63,003 nucleotides of DNA, filler included, from Gonapodya sp. JEL0774 (GCA_027604505.1; 30 parts of 30 records of this genome joined end to end with filler, not necessarily neighbours in it), one strand, 5' to 3'. Shown: positions 23,228-35,853, counted from the first letter of the whole stretch. Notes: generated from the letters alone by a model not told the origin. Numbers and translations are program-made.

Positions 23228-25233
23228 GTGGAGAATACGGGCACGAAATCAATTAGCGAGTATTATTTTGCGGTTGACTATCGTCTCGCCAAAGAGAACC
23301 TGGCATGGGTGGAGGTTTTCGAGGGAAAAGGATCCAAGCGAAAAGATTGGAAGGCGGAATATGGCCCAGTTGATGATGTCAAGTGAGTGAAGACGCAAGA
23401 GGTGGTGGAACAGGATCAACAAGCCTACGAGGATTTCGGCATCAACACGTCCATGAAACGAGTCTGAATGACTCATGCTGCGCCTTTCTATTTAATGCGT
23501 AGAGTAGAAGGAAAGTTTGGTTCTCATTGCGGATGTCGTTCTCCCTCCCACCAGTGCCATTCAACTGCACAAAGTCCACTTCCTTAAACCGCTCCCACCA
23601 TCCGGTCGCCTCTCATTTACTTTGTACTTTGTGTGGACTGGTTTCACCGAGAACTTGCCGAAAACAATTCTTCAGACGGAGCAAGGTAGCGGTTTGCACG
23701 TTGGGGACCTTCACTGGCTGTCCCCCTACCCAACAACGGAGGAAAGAGTTACCGTCCGGTAAGTTCGATTGCAACCAACTTTTGTGCTTGTGGTGTGACT
23801 TGCTCATCAGTCGGTCGTGTCTCCAGGCCACCTTCCAACCAAGTACACTCAAAATCGTCAGGTGGAACCCTTTCGTCTTCGGGCATAAATTATGGCCCGT
23901 TCAGTGACCTTCCCCCGTACTCTCGAGAACAACTCCGCTTGCATGCAAAATTGTCCCATGTCCCTTTGCGTGCTGCTGTCCTCAAAAGGAAGATTACATT
24001 GAGTCACTGGACAGGTGTTGCCAACGTCAAGGAATTCTGGGAACTCTGGCACGATGGTGCTCAGTGGGTATCTCTTTCAGGACGGTCTTCTAAGTTTTCG
24101 TGGTGAAGACGCATAGCGTATTTCTCTAGGCTCTCGCAGCCCTTTTCTCGCACCGACCTCCTTTTGATGGGTCGAAGTGGTACGCCGCCCACCATGATCC
24201 GTCATCTTCGCTTCAATCTGCCCGCTGGCTCATTCAATGCTGAGTATCGAGACTACGATGGGAATGTGTCGACGTCAAACTTTGCGACCTCCAGATCTGG
24301 TGCAACCTTGGAATTGAAACCACGGTATCCCTTGTTCGGTGGCTGGAAGTACCAATTCTGGTTTGCGTACGATGTACCGCTTTCGCAGAGTGTCAGACTC
24401 CGCCAGGATGGGAGGCATGTCTGGAAGGGACCAGTGATGAAGGGCCTTCAAAATGTGCCGGTCGACAAGCTGGAGGTGGAGGTTGTGCTCCCGGAGGGGG
24501 CGAAGTGGGTTTTGCTATGCTAGATGCGGATATTATCATCGAGTTGCTGACATCAGGTTTAACGGAAAGTGGAATCCAGCTTAATCTTCCGTATCCTGTA
24601 GATGATCAAGCATCGGGGTGGGAACGGTCGTACTTCGACACTACTGGCCGCGAAACTGTAGGCTTTTCGAAGTCACACGTTGTTGATGAAATGTGGAGGG
24701 ATTTTGAAGTATGTATCATTCGATGAAAGTTATGAACTCGTTCAATTGGGCAATGAGCGAGTACAATAACCAACTTGGCGACAGGTGTCCTATGACTTCT
24801 CGAGTGCATCGTACTTGCGAAAACCCGTGATCGTGATGGGGACAGTTTTGGTTGCTTTCTTAGCCAGTATGGTGATTCTACGGTTGGATCTTTCGATCAC
24901 GAAGGTGAGTTCGGTTGGCACATTTCCTACGATCTCGGTGAAGACGTTTTTATTTGCAGGACGCGAAATCTGAAGCCTCCGAAACTGTGCGGACGGTTGG
25001 ACTGAGGGTTCAGAGTCTGCACGGACGACTCGAAAGTTTGTTAGGCAAGCTCAATGCTGCTTTCGAAGATTTGTGGGTGTGCTACTTTTTGTTCTTTCGT
25101 CACCCTGAGGGCAAACACCCAATTTGGTTTGGGGTCGTTGCAGCAAGCACAGCCACCATAATGTTGAGCGCTTTGAGACGGAGCGATCTGATCTAGCAGC
25201 ACAACTGCAGACTCTTGTCGGCGATCTCGCTTC
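23228..25233 (+). CDS. OST1: Oligosaccharyltransferase subunit ribophorin I, spliced, partial
   Basis: SPYPT, YGPFSD, SHWTG, YRDYDGNVSTSNF, LELKPRYPLFGGWKY, VVLPEGA and SYFDTTGR. Confidence 0.93.
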
Positions 25234-25333
25234 NNNNNNNNNNNNNNNNNNNNNNNNNNNNNNNNNNNNNNNNNNNNTTAATTAATTAANNNNNNNNNNN
25301 NNNNNNNNNNNNNNNNNNNNNNNNNNNNNNNNN

Positions 25334-25972
25334 GACCATGCCGGCCTCCTCGAACGCGATGCCGTTGGGACTGAGCCCACTCCCCACGGGGCGGACCTTG
25401 ATGCCGGATTTTCCCGCACGTTGAACGATTTCCACGAGTTCATTCAAGGAAGTGGGGCGGTGTACGAGGGAATTGTGTATTCTGACGTGCCTGGTTTGTG
25501 ACCAGTTTGAGAGGAGGGAAAAGTCCGCGTCTGTGGGTGCGTTGAAGTAGATGTAGAGGGAGAGCGCGGTGGAGAGTGCGAGACCTGTGAGCGAGGCGTA
25601 CAGGAATGGGCGGAGACGGGTGCGCGGTGTCCCAGGTGTCCCAGGTGGAGGGTGAGTCGCCTTGGCAGAGTCCGAGTGTGATATGGAATCTTCCGGCGAA
25701 GGGGGGACGACACCACCACCCGGCACACTCCCCGCATTCTGCCCGCACCGAACGGATCCAGAAAAAAATCTGAGTCCCCCGGGCATCATGGTGGGCGGAC
25801 CTGCCCAGGTCGCTGGACCGGGGACCGGACGCGGACGGCACGGGGACGGGCAGAACGACAGACCAGCGATCCCACGACCCGAGAGCAGCAGCACACGACC
25901 CATCATCGACGGAGACGACACTCGAAAACGCTGTGGATGGCGAATCATCGTAATCGCCATCGCCATCGCCAT
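25334..25972 (-). CDS. GLDH: L-galactono-1,4-lactone dehydrogenase-like FAD oxidoreductase, N-terminal part with a mitochondrial-type presequence and TM helix
   Basis: NWSQTRHV...HRPTSLNELVEIV...KVRPVGSGLSPNGIAFEEAGMV. The N-terminus is R/S/P-rich and is followed by the hydrophobic segment FLYASLTGLALSTALSLYIYF. Confidence 0.85.
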
Positions 25973-27439
25973 CGCGTCCGTCGAGGGAGTCTGACGATGC
26001 CAATCCTCTATGAACTTACTTATTTGTACACCTCCGGCCTCCTCGCAGTATGTACAGAGAAGGAACCCCACATGCTCTTGCAAACTCCGGGAGGACGCAA
26101 AACGATGGACAAATTTCCACTCGCTAAGCTACAACCGGAGCTGCTACTTCGCGTCTCGCTGTATTGGATCGACCATCCGTTCGGTTTGCCCACAGATCTA
26201 GAGGCAATTCAATAATAAATTATATACCTGCTCGATCCTGTCAGACCCTTTCACGACTGCGACTCGCGTCATCACAAAACGGGGAAGCGCTCAACGCGCT
26301 TTTTTGTGCGAAGTTCGGCGATCTGAAGGCACAGGGGACTTCCGCGTTCCAGACGGATATACTCCTTGCTAGAGGAGCATGAAACGGGAACACCACTTCC
26401 ACGGAGCGACAGTAGTCCGGTTAAAACTAGCACCACCGCCTCGATACTCACTAACTTAGCTAGAGATGCGAAGGCAACTCGATATCTTTGTGAGCGTGGA
26501 TCGAGCTGTCGGTCCTAGCTGGGATCACGGCACGGGGCACCCACCCCCACCCACCCCCACTGAAGTGACCGCCCGGGGGTCTCGGTATCGAGGTACTGGC
26601 TATGTAAATCGTTGAGTTCTTGATGTCTTGAGCGTTCGCAGACTCCAACAACGTGACCTGCAGGCGGGCACCTCGTAGCTTTCATGAGCCTGTTATACGA
26701 AATATTTCAGTTTGAATATATATTTATTTCTAATTCATGTAAATTCTCCCCTTTCTCTTCTCAACAGAACACATAATGCCAGGTTCCTTGTGTGAGGCGA
26801 TCGTGGCACAGCAACCACAGCTGTGTCTCTGTTTCGCCTCCACCACAAAAGACCGGGGTCACAACACCCAGGCCGCGCACAGAACAGCGAGGGGACGCTC
26901 GAACACGGGAACACGCTTCGAGCGACACGAGGAGGGCACACGGCTCAGCGATGTGAGTGTCGCTGCGGGTGACCGCAGCGCCCGTGGGGGGGTGACGTGC
27001 CGGGGCTGGGTCAGTGGGGATCAATGAACCGACACAGCCGAGCTGGACACACCGGCGGGAGGCAATGGCGGGCACCTGGACAGTGGGAAGTGGAGGGTGG
27101 GGAGTGTGGCGTGTGGGAACGAACGTGGGGTTGTGGGTCCGCGGTGTCCCTTGCAGGTGGGAAGGAAGCGGCGACAGGGTGAACACTCAGCCGGGCGGAT
27201 CACGGGGGACGGAGACCGGCGGAGTGGAAAACATTCGATTTGGGATTTTGATTTTTGATTGCTGGGTTTGATTTGATTCGGACGCGCGCTTTGTGTCGTG
27301 TTCGGATGGGGGGAGACTTTGTTGGTGACCGGAGCAACCNNNNNNNNNNNNNNNNNNNNNNNNNNNNNNNNNNNNNNNNNNNNTTAATTAATTAANNNNN
27401 NNNNNNNNNNNNNNNNNNNNNNNNNNNNNNNNNNNNNNN

Positions 27440-28245
27440 TCCATAGATGCTGCTCAACACGGGATGATTGTCCTAGCGCCTGTTTTCTTCTCCGCTGGTT
27501 ACTATGTTGTGATGTCTCGGACGTGAGTCTCTTTAGTTGGCGCTGATACATCGTGGTACCATTCAAACCAAACTGACGATTCAACTCCTCGCCCCCACAG
27601 CATCGCTTTGCTGGGGAACAAATATTCACCCATAAGGCAGACTCGTGTCGTCATGATCTTCATCTCTTCGGACATTTTGTCCTTCATTGTTCAATCCAGC
27701 GGGTCAGGTCTCCTTTTGAGCTCGACGGATCCCAACAAAGCCGACCTGGGGCTCAAAATTCTCATCGGCGGTTTGGTCATTCAAGTGATATCCACTGCAC
27801 TGTTTTTTACGCTTGCAGTTGTGATCGGAAGGCGGGCGAGTGCCGTTGCCGGATCCTGGCACCGCGTGATGTACATTCTCCAGATTGGATCGCTTCTGAT
27901 CTTGGTGGGTAGGGGAATACTGCTTGATTCTAAGCAAGTTTGATGATTCTGGTCGTATCATCAGTAACCGAAACCGATCCCTTCGGTTCTCCTCCCTGTT
28001 CTGATCAGACTCGGTCCATCTACCGTGTGATTGAGTTTAGCGGTGGATTCGACAGTTCAATCGCTCGTCAAGAGTCCCTCCTCTACGTTCTCGATGTTTT
28101 GCTCATGTTTATTGCCGTCCTTGCTTTCGCGATCGTGCATCCTTCAGTGTTCTTAAAGGCGAATATTGTGGATTCCGGGACAGCGGAGTCGGGGATCAGT
28201 AGGAGGGAAATTCTTCCCATGAAAGAGGACAATAGTACCTGGTGA
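27440..28245 (+). CDS. RTA1-like transmembrane protein, 5'-partial
   Basis: IFISSDILSFIVQSSGSGL, ILIGGLVIQV, RSIYRVIEFSGG and ESLLYVLD. Confidence 0.88.
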
Positions 28246-28982
28246 AGACGTGTATCAATGTAGTGCAAGTCTGCGACTAAGTTGCGACTAAGTAGTGGGA
28301 GGAATAAATTGATTGAATAGATGAGGTTCTTGATCTGTACATTTACCGTCTACGTGGCCTGCGACTTTTCGTAATAGCAGAAGTAAATATGTAAAGTACC
28401 CTCGTCGCCTTCTACACAGCTACAAATGAGAGCAGGAGAGACCGTCGATTTGATCATTGACCGATTCAAGAACACACTCACGGCGAACCCTCCGTCTCAA
28501 CAAGCGGTTCCAAATCTCTACTCTGCACATCGTGCTTCGCGAGGCTCCTCAGGGGCCTCACATACTTCGTCACCGCGACTTCAACGAGCTTGCGCAATAC
28601 CTAGAGATCTGTCTCCCGCACAACCTATTTATATTAGTATGAATGTATTCGAGTCGTGCTACCTGAAGAACGAGAACAATATACTGTAGGACATCAACAG
28701 AATCTGTGCAATTAGGGTTTTCCTCAACTGCGTTTGTGACAAGGAAAGTGCGATGCCCTCTGAGAGCCAATACTGTAAGAAAGGTTATCTGCGGTGCTCG
28801 TGGTGAATCTCACACCTTTCACACGTCGAGAGTCCAATGTGACAGCTAAGGGACGCCTTTTTCGCGCTGGTTCGATGATTGTTGCAATTTAGGAACGGAT
28901 CTCATTGTGAAACAGTCCATGCGTTGTAACTTCATCGACATGCCCAACATGTATATTGCATATCCACAGACCAATCCGGTGC

Positions 28983-29444
28983 TTACTCCTCGACCGCGAC
29001 AATACCCTTCTTTCTCTCCGCCTTCCATTCCACCGTTCCGGGCTTCGAATGCTTCTCCACGTTCTGCAACTTTCTCTTTCTACTCGCTTCCATGTCCTCC
29101 TTCGTCCTCTTTGCGATTTGCACGGCTTTGGGTACATGGCGGTGGTTGGCAATCCGGCGGATTTCTGGGAGGTGGGAAAAGCGAGATGCGAGGGTAGCTT
29201 TGTAGGAAAGGGCTGTTTGTTGCCGCGGTGTTTGCTGCATGGTGAAAACAAACGATGTTATAAAAACAAGCCTAACATGAACATCAAGCTCCACACTCAC
29301 CGTTCCGGCTCTACCACTAGCTTCACCCCTCCAAACTCTAACATTGCCCTCATCACTTCCCGAGAATACCCACCGGGCATCCAAACTCCATCGTACCGCC
29401 GTCACTCTCTGCATGCGCGAAGTGTGATACACATCCCGAGAGTG
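28983..29444 (-). CDS. SOF1: rRNA-processing WD40 protein Sof1/DCAF13, C-terminus
   Basis: YHTSRMQRV...FSGSDEGNVRVWR...PEIRRIANHRHVPK...KHSKPG. Confidence 0.93.
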   Translation of the reverse strand, partial: HSRDVYHTSRMQRVTAVRWSLDARWVFSGSDEGNVRVWRGEASGRAGTVSVELDVHVRLVFITSFVFTMQQTPRQQTALSYKATLASRFSHLPEIRRIANHRHVPKAVQIAKRTKEDMEASRKRKLQNVEKHSKPGTVEWKAERKKGIVAVEE

Positions 29445-29544
29445 NNNNNNNNNNNNNNNNNNNNNNNNNNNNNNNNNNNNNNNNNNNNTTAATTAATTAA
29501 NNNNNNNNNNNNNNNNNNNNNNNNNNNNNNNNNNNNNNNNNNNN

Positions 29545-31352
29545 ATATGACGACTGGGTGGTGGGGGAATGGGGATCCTCACTTCCGGCATCACCACCCG
29601 CCCATACACTGCCACAGTAAATTTGGATGCTCACCATCGAGACTTCGTTCCCCATAAGTGAGTACGATATGTGCTTTATATTGCATGTACATTGTACTTC
29701 CGCTGAGCTCTTATTTGCAATGTGGACACCCACACACTCCAGGAGCGCCAGGGAATCGAAGGAGGTGCAAATCTGATAATTGTCATCATTAGTCTTTATC
29801 AAAATCTTTGAATCATTTCGATCTTCAGACACCTCGCACAGGTCAATTCTCGCCTACTTGTTTTGCTGCCACCAATGTGTTGTGAATGTTGTGAAACGCT
29901 GCAGAAACCTCAGGGTCCCCTGTTTCGGCTACTCCCTCCACTGCAGACGCAACAGGGGCAGTCCGAACGCCGGGTGTCGCTGGTTGGGATGTCGACTCAC
30001 TTGGTGTGATTATGTCGAACTCGTCTTCCTGCAATTTCCCAACTGCAGGCGGTGTATCCACAAAACCCTCCGAAGTAGACGCATCTTGCATGGCAACGTC
30101 TGGTGAAACTTCGCTGGAAATTCCTTCGGCACTCGCCGAAGTTGATCTGCCTCGACCACGACCACCTCCGTAAGAGCCTTTGATGGTCCAAGATCAGATC
30201 TGCCTGCACCACCAGAACTCCTCGATTTCTTTGCCACATAAGTCACTTTTGCATTGACGTCCTCGCTGGTGGCTTTAGGTGTCTGTGGTACAGCAGACGT
30301 CTTGGTAGTCGCTCGAGTCGATCTCCTGTTGGAAGGATCATTCTCCAATGGCGAGGGCAACTGAGCCGGCTTTTCGGTGGTGTCAGACCTGACTCGTTTA
30401 GTAGGTGTCCTCTGGCCCGTTTGCATCTGGGGTGTGGTAGGGGACCGAGTTTCTTGACCTGAATCGACATCGAAGTGGTCATCATCTTGATTGCTGTCCA
30501 CTGAGTGAGGACGTTTCGGGCGGCCGCTTCCCTTCTTAGCACCACGATCTTGATCAGGTCGCGCAGGCGTGTTCAGGCTTCGGACAACGGAACCGAAGGC
30601 GTGGGATACTGATGGCGGACCAGCAGTCAAGCTCACGCTCGCCCTGCCGACAAACCAGATTCGAAATATGCAATTTGCACTCAACTGCGACTGATGACTC
30701 ACTCGCTTGTAGTTCTTTTAACCACATCCCTTTTCGCATTGGACTCTGTACCATCTCCGTCGTCCACGTCAAGTCCCTCCAACTGATGGTAGTCGTCCTC
30801 GGCTGATTCGAAATCGTCGAAGCCATGCAGCAACCTTGTGGCAGCCTGGAATTTGTGGTGTCAATGGTCACACATGAAGGGTTTTATGGCAACACATGGG
30901 GTGTCAATCATGGTTGGAGATCAAGAGAACGCAGCACTCCAAGTTCAAAAGTTTCAAGTTGCCCACCTCAGTCACTGCACCCGCAACAGAGCTGGGTGAA
31001 TTCCCTTTCGACGCCAAAGAAGAAGTGCCGAGCTTGTTTGCGGAAGCTCTAACGTCGTGCTCTTTGTGATCGGTTGACGGCCGGATCGTCGACCATTGGA
31101 ATGGAGAGAGAGCAACGACGCTGCAGTGAAAATGTCCAGGTTGTAAGCATTAGACATCACTACAAAATGAACAGTTCATCAACTGAACCAACCAGACAGA
31201 TCTGCACCCGTGCGGACTGGAGCTCCCCTCGCACGAATCTCTGCAGCATGGACTTGCTGGAACGGCAAAGGAGCTCCAGTCCCGGTGCCTGCGATGTCAG
31301 AGCTTGTATACAGTTCTTGCGCTGATTTGAGGATTGGACGGAAGTTGAACAT
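29545..31352 (-). CDS. Hypothetical low-complexity protein, spliced
   Basis: Chain of minus-strand S/T/P/K-rich ORFs (30010-30702, 29843-30091) with GT-AG boundaries. No family recognised. Confidence 0.4.
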
Positions 31353-31648
31353 TTCCTCCGCATAAAGGGATGAGTGACATGAGGCGTGACGTTGTGGAGG
31401 ACTGCACAGGATGGATCGAAGGGGCAGGAGTGTATTATGGTGTTCGAGGTGTAGAATATATTCGCTATCTACGCGGCTAAACCCTCACACATAGACCCGT
31501 TCCGTCACACTCCCCCCATCACATCAAGCTGATGTCCTCATCAGCTGTNNNNNNNNNNNNNNNNNNNNNNNNNNNNNNNNNNNNNNNNNNNNTTAATTAA
31601 TTAANNNNNNNNNNNNNNNNNNNNNNNNNNNNNNNNNNNNNNNNNNNN

Positions 31649-32196
31649 AAGAGTTTGCACAGCTGATTGAGCGGACTCGGATGCGAGCTGATGCTGACAA
31701 AAATCATGTTCTGGCCCGTATATCCAAATCCATCGCTGCCGCGGCATATGGAACGACATTGAAGTCAGTGTCTTACCCCGAGCGCATGAAAATACCCTGG
31801 CAACCCAACGATGCTGGTTTGCGCAACTCACCGCAAAACTACATTGCTGATCCCCGTTTTGTCGGGTTGGATTGGCACATCGAAGACGATTTCTCATATT
31901 CGTATGAAGTATTGATGCAAAGCACTTCAACATCGCGGCACATAAAACCTATTCAGATTGGTTGTGCTGTCTACGGCTATGCGCGGCTCCGCGTTCTTGC
32001 CTTCATCGATGCAGTCAGAGAATCTCTTGATCCTGCTGCCGAGGTCCTTGCTATACATACGGACTCCGTTACCTTAGCTTTGTCCCATAGCCTCGCTTCC
32101 GTCGATGCACCCGACTACTTATGTACACAAAACACCGCGCGAAGGCCCGGATTATTTCACCTGGAGAGCATGTTGACAAAGTTCCCTTGTAATTGA
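31649..32196 (+). CDS. Family-B DNA polymerase fingers/palm fragment, Polinton/Maverick protein-primed type, divergent, 5'-partial
   Basis: EFAQLIERTRMRADAD...SKSIAAAAYGTT (motif B), ADPRF...YEV...KPIQIGCAVYGYARLRVLAF, IHTDSVTLAL (motif C) and RPGLFHLE occur in the order typical of Maverick pPolB. Confidence 0.8.
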
Positions 32197-32199
32197 AAA

Positions 32200-33651
32200 T
32201 TACACGTTGTTTTTTATTCGCGAGCCTGCCCGTCCCCCGACTTTTTGTCTTTTCGGTGATGGTTCTGAGTCAGTGGGCTGAAGATCGCACAGAGCGTGTT
32301 CGTGAAACCATATAGTGACAATCACACAAATCACACTCACAACGTCTTCCGGAACTCTCTTTCTTTCTTCATGGCTCCTCTGAACTTCTGCCATAAGCCG
32401 CCGGTCGTGCAACAATCTGTCAAACGTATTGCGAGCCTTTGTTTGTTGAACCTTTAATTGTGATTGAAGATCCTCCCGTTTCTTTTTCAAAGCGTCCAGC
32501 TCCTCTGTGATGTTGGATATTCGGATATCCACATCTGCTAGTTCATCTTGACTTTTTTGAACCACGGACACGGCTTCGATCAATGTGTCATAAGAGTCAG
32601 AAGCTGTATAATCGTGAACGCGACATTAGATGGGGCACTCGTGAAGCACCCAGCGTGCGTTAGTACCAGCACCATTTGATATTTTCGGGTGTTGCTGCTC
32701 CTCTTCCCCTTGCTGTTCTGAATACTGCTGCGGTTCCGTTTCCGGTTGGTTTTGCGGCAGAGGAATCGATAGGTGTTTCGGTAGCGGTCTCTGTTGCTGC
32801 GATTCCGGTACCTCCCGCGGTCCCGTTTGCTGTCGAATTTCGGGTTCGTGCTCCGTTTCCGCTGTCTGTTCCAGAGGTTCGGGTGCTTGTTGCGTTTCCG
32901 TAGTGTGTTGCGATTCCGATTCCTGTTGGGGTTCCGGTTCGTGTTGCGTATCTGCTGTCTGTTCCAGAGGTTCCCGTTGCTGTTGCGGTAACAGTCGTTG
33001 TTGCGATTTTGGTTCCTCTTGCGGGTCTTCTTGCGTTTCCGCTGTCTGTTGCGTTGGCGGTCGCGTCTGTATCAAAGTGGAGGCCACGTTCTCCTATGTA
33101 AATACATAAAGTGACTGTGACGTAAAAACTATCGCTCACGCAACAACTTACGGCTGATGTTGAGGCAAGATCAGCTAGCGTATTCAAGCGACCTATGAAG
33201 AAAAAACGAACATGGATTGCCTCGTTTGTCGGAAAGAGTAAATAACACGCAAGTCTACAGACCCCCGTTCCGCGTCAATCCCTCAATGTGTCTTTTCGAT
33301 TGTAGATGCATTTTCTTGTAATCGGAAGGAGTAGCGTTTCGATCAGGTGCTGGTTCGATGTTCGGCCAGTTCTTGCAGCCGTTGCAGAAGGAGTTTTTGC
33401 ACAATTTTTTTAGGTGCCACAAACCAGTCCAGTGCGTTACTTCAACGTTGCAGTATGGGCAATTGAAGTAGTGGTTAGCGGGTGGCTCCTTTTTCGAGAA
33501 TTCCGCTATAAACCGCGTATTACTGGTGAGCTGTAGGTCACCCTGACTGTCGACTGCGTGCTGACCACAAGTTCGATCATTGCAAACCAAGTCGTCGATG
33601 CCTTTCTGAATGACGAAGTCCAGGACGCAATATTCGCAGGTCCAGTGGCTA
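32200..33651 (-). CDS. Multi-exon Zn-finger protein (RING-like + further Zn fingers, Q/E/P repeats, coiled coil), 5'-partial
   Basis: HWTCEYC...CNDRTC, CPYC...HLKKLC and CNGC...HLQSKRH. GT-AG junctions link ORFs 33255-33651, 32626-33087 and 32200-32583. Confidence 0.6.
32780..33060 (-). repeat. Imperfect coding tandem repeat (EPLEQTA[DE]T[QE]HEPE twice, plus QQTAETQ variants)
   Basis: Near-identical GCTGTCTGTTCCAGAGGTTC copies on the + strand at ~32861 and ~32954. Confidence 0.7.
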
Positions 33652-33751
33652 NNNNNNNNNNNNNNNNNNNNNNNNNNNNNNNNNNNNNNNNNNNNTTAAT
33701 TAATTAANNNNNNNNNNNNNNNNNNNNNNNNNNNNNNNNNNNNNNNNNNNN

Positions 33752-35512
33752 GCCTGGAGCAGCTTCTCCTCGTACGGGGTGAGCGGGCCGATGGGGTGGA
33801 TCTGGCGATAATCGGGGATACTCGCATGAGGAACTCACACCAGAGAAATCCAATCCGTGATCAGGGCAAACAACAACCCACCTTCTCCAATCCATGTGTA
33901 CCAAGTTCAATCTTGGTCGAGAAGTACTTGATGCCTTCCTTGGCCATGATCGGGGACTCAACGTACGAGCACTCGATGACACCCTTCTTGCCACCCACGA
34001 CTGCGTCCAATACTGAGCGGGCGAATCGGTCGGCAGCGAAGGCCATGGACAGAGTGGCGGAGCCTGCACCATCCTTGGCCTTGACGACTTCGTCACCACC
34101 GTATTGAATGCGGAATGTGAGTTTGTCGAGCTCCTCTTGCGTGAAAGAGAGGCCGGTTTGGGAAAGGAGTGGGACGATGGTGGGGCCGGAGTGACCGCCA
34201 ATGACAGGGACGTGGATCTACACCGTCAACATGATGTTCGAAGGCACGGCCACATATTTATTAGTGAGCGAACAGCGAGTTACAAAGATACGCGAATACA
34301 GAGTACTTACTGCCGTGGAGTCACCGCCCTTGAGTTCAGCGACGAAGGTGGATGCGCGAACAATGTCTAGTGTGGTCACACCGAACACCCTGAAAGAAAA
34401 AACGAAGCTTTCGTGATCGGACAGTAGCGAAAATCGGTTTCCAACATGACAATCACTTGGTAGGATCGTATGTACCGAGTTTCTTCAAGGTTTCGGCAAC
34501 AATGGGGACGGTAGAGTTGACGGGGTTGGAAATAATGCCAAGGATTGCCTTGGGAGCGTATCTGAAAGTATATCGGGGAGAAAATTGGATCAAAATTGAG
34601 AGAGATTTGATTCGCAGACGTCATGCAGGCACAAGTCCATCGCAAGTTGCTGGTTCTTCAAGCTTGGCTTGCCCCATTCTCGGACTATTCAGTGTCAAAC
34701 CAGTGAACTCACTTTCCGCACGCCTCAGCGATGTTCCTGACAATGTCGGCATTCTTGTTGAACAGGTCGTCGCGAGTCATGCCAGGCTTACGGGGCATAC
34801 CAGCGGGTACGAGGACGAGGTCGGCATCCTTGACAGCAGCGCCTAGTTGGTCCGCTCCTTTGTAACCGGTGGTCTGTTAAAAGTCACCAAAAACTTTTGG
34901 TTCCCGCGATTGGTTGTGATGAAGGCGTTGCTTAACTGTTCCCCATACCTTTGCGCGGGTGTTGATGTGACTTAAATCCGCAGCAACACCCGGGGTGTTA
35001 ACGATATCGTAAAGAGCGAGTTCCGACACATATGGATTGAGTTTGGTCAGCAAAGAGAGGGGCTGACCAATACCACCGGCAGCGCCGAGCACAGCGACTT
35101 TGACACCGTCCTAGAAGCAACGAGAGGATGGGTGATGGGAAAACGGTGCGTCACGCTATGAAAACAAGTTACTGCAGAAATTCAAAAGTGCCTTAGGGTT
35201 GTTGTCTTTCGTGTTGTGGTATGCTAGTACATTCAAGCTCCCAGCAAATGTCTGGAGCCGAATCACCAACACAAGCACCAACAACATGACAGTAAACCTC
35301 TTGTCGTAGAATGCATGATAAGGATGTTGGTTTTCGGTGTTTATCTCCTGCTCATGTCTCGCCCAGTGTGTTGTCGCGTTGGTTCCGATGAAGACGTGTT
35401 CTCTCGGCTTCTTCACCTTTCATCCGAACACGCAACATTCGGCGAAACGAACCTTTCCCGCGACGTGTCCGACAGAGTATCCTCGGATTACAATCTTTCC
35501 GACGGCGGCCAT
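33752..35512 (-). CDS. MDH1: NAD-dependent malate dehydrogenase, mitochondrial type, spliced, 3'-partial
   Basis: [77 protein letters not shown] and [14 protein letters not shown]. The start at 35512 is inferred. Confidence 0.96.
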
Positions 35513-35853
35513 TTCAAAAGCGGGATCGACAGTTGATGGAAGTTGCACAAGATATTTGGCCACTTTTTCCGTTCAGTTTTGCAGTGAGGCCTTGCACCAC
35601 AGTTTAGTTCGCTTTCATGTTGTTCGAGAACGCAATTCCAATCCGATCACCGGTCGCTTTACAAATGCGACGGTGTTCAGAGATCTTTAGTGGTTGTAGA
35701 CTCGAGATGAATTGAAATGCCGACACTTCAATCTTTTCTGATACTCCACCGAGNNNNNNNNNNNNNNNNNNNNNNNNNNNNNNNNNNNNNNNNNNNNTTA
35801 ATTAATTAANNNNNNNNNNNNNNNNNNNNNNNNNNNNNNNNNNNNNNNNNNNN

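Noticed and set aside
25945..25976. (ATCGCC)n microsatellite
   Set aside because: A short coding repeat giving MAMAMA at the GLDH start, with no further structure.
31527..31546. Hairpin AGCTGATG-TCCT-CATCAGCT at a contig end
   Set aside because: It has only an 8-bp stem, occurs once, and is separated from the PolB contig by a linker. It cannot be called a terminator or element end.
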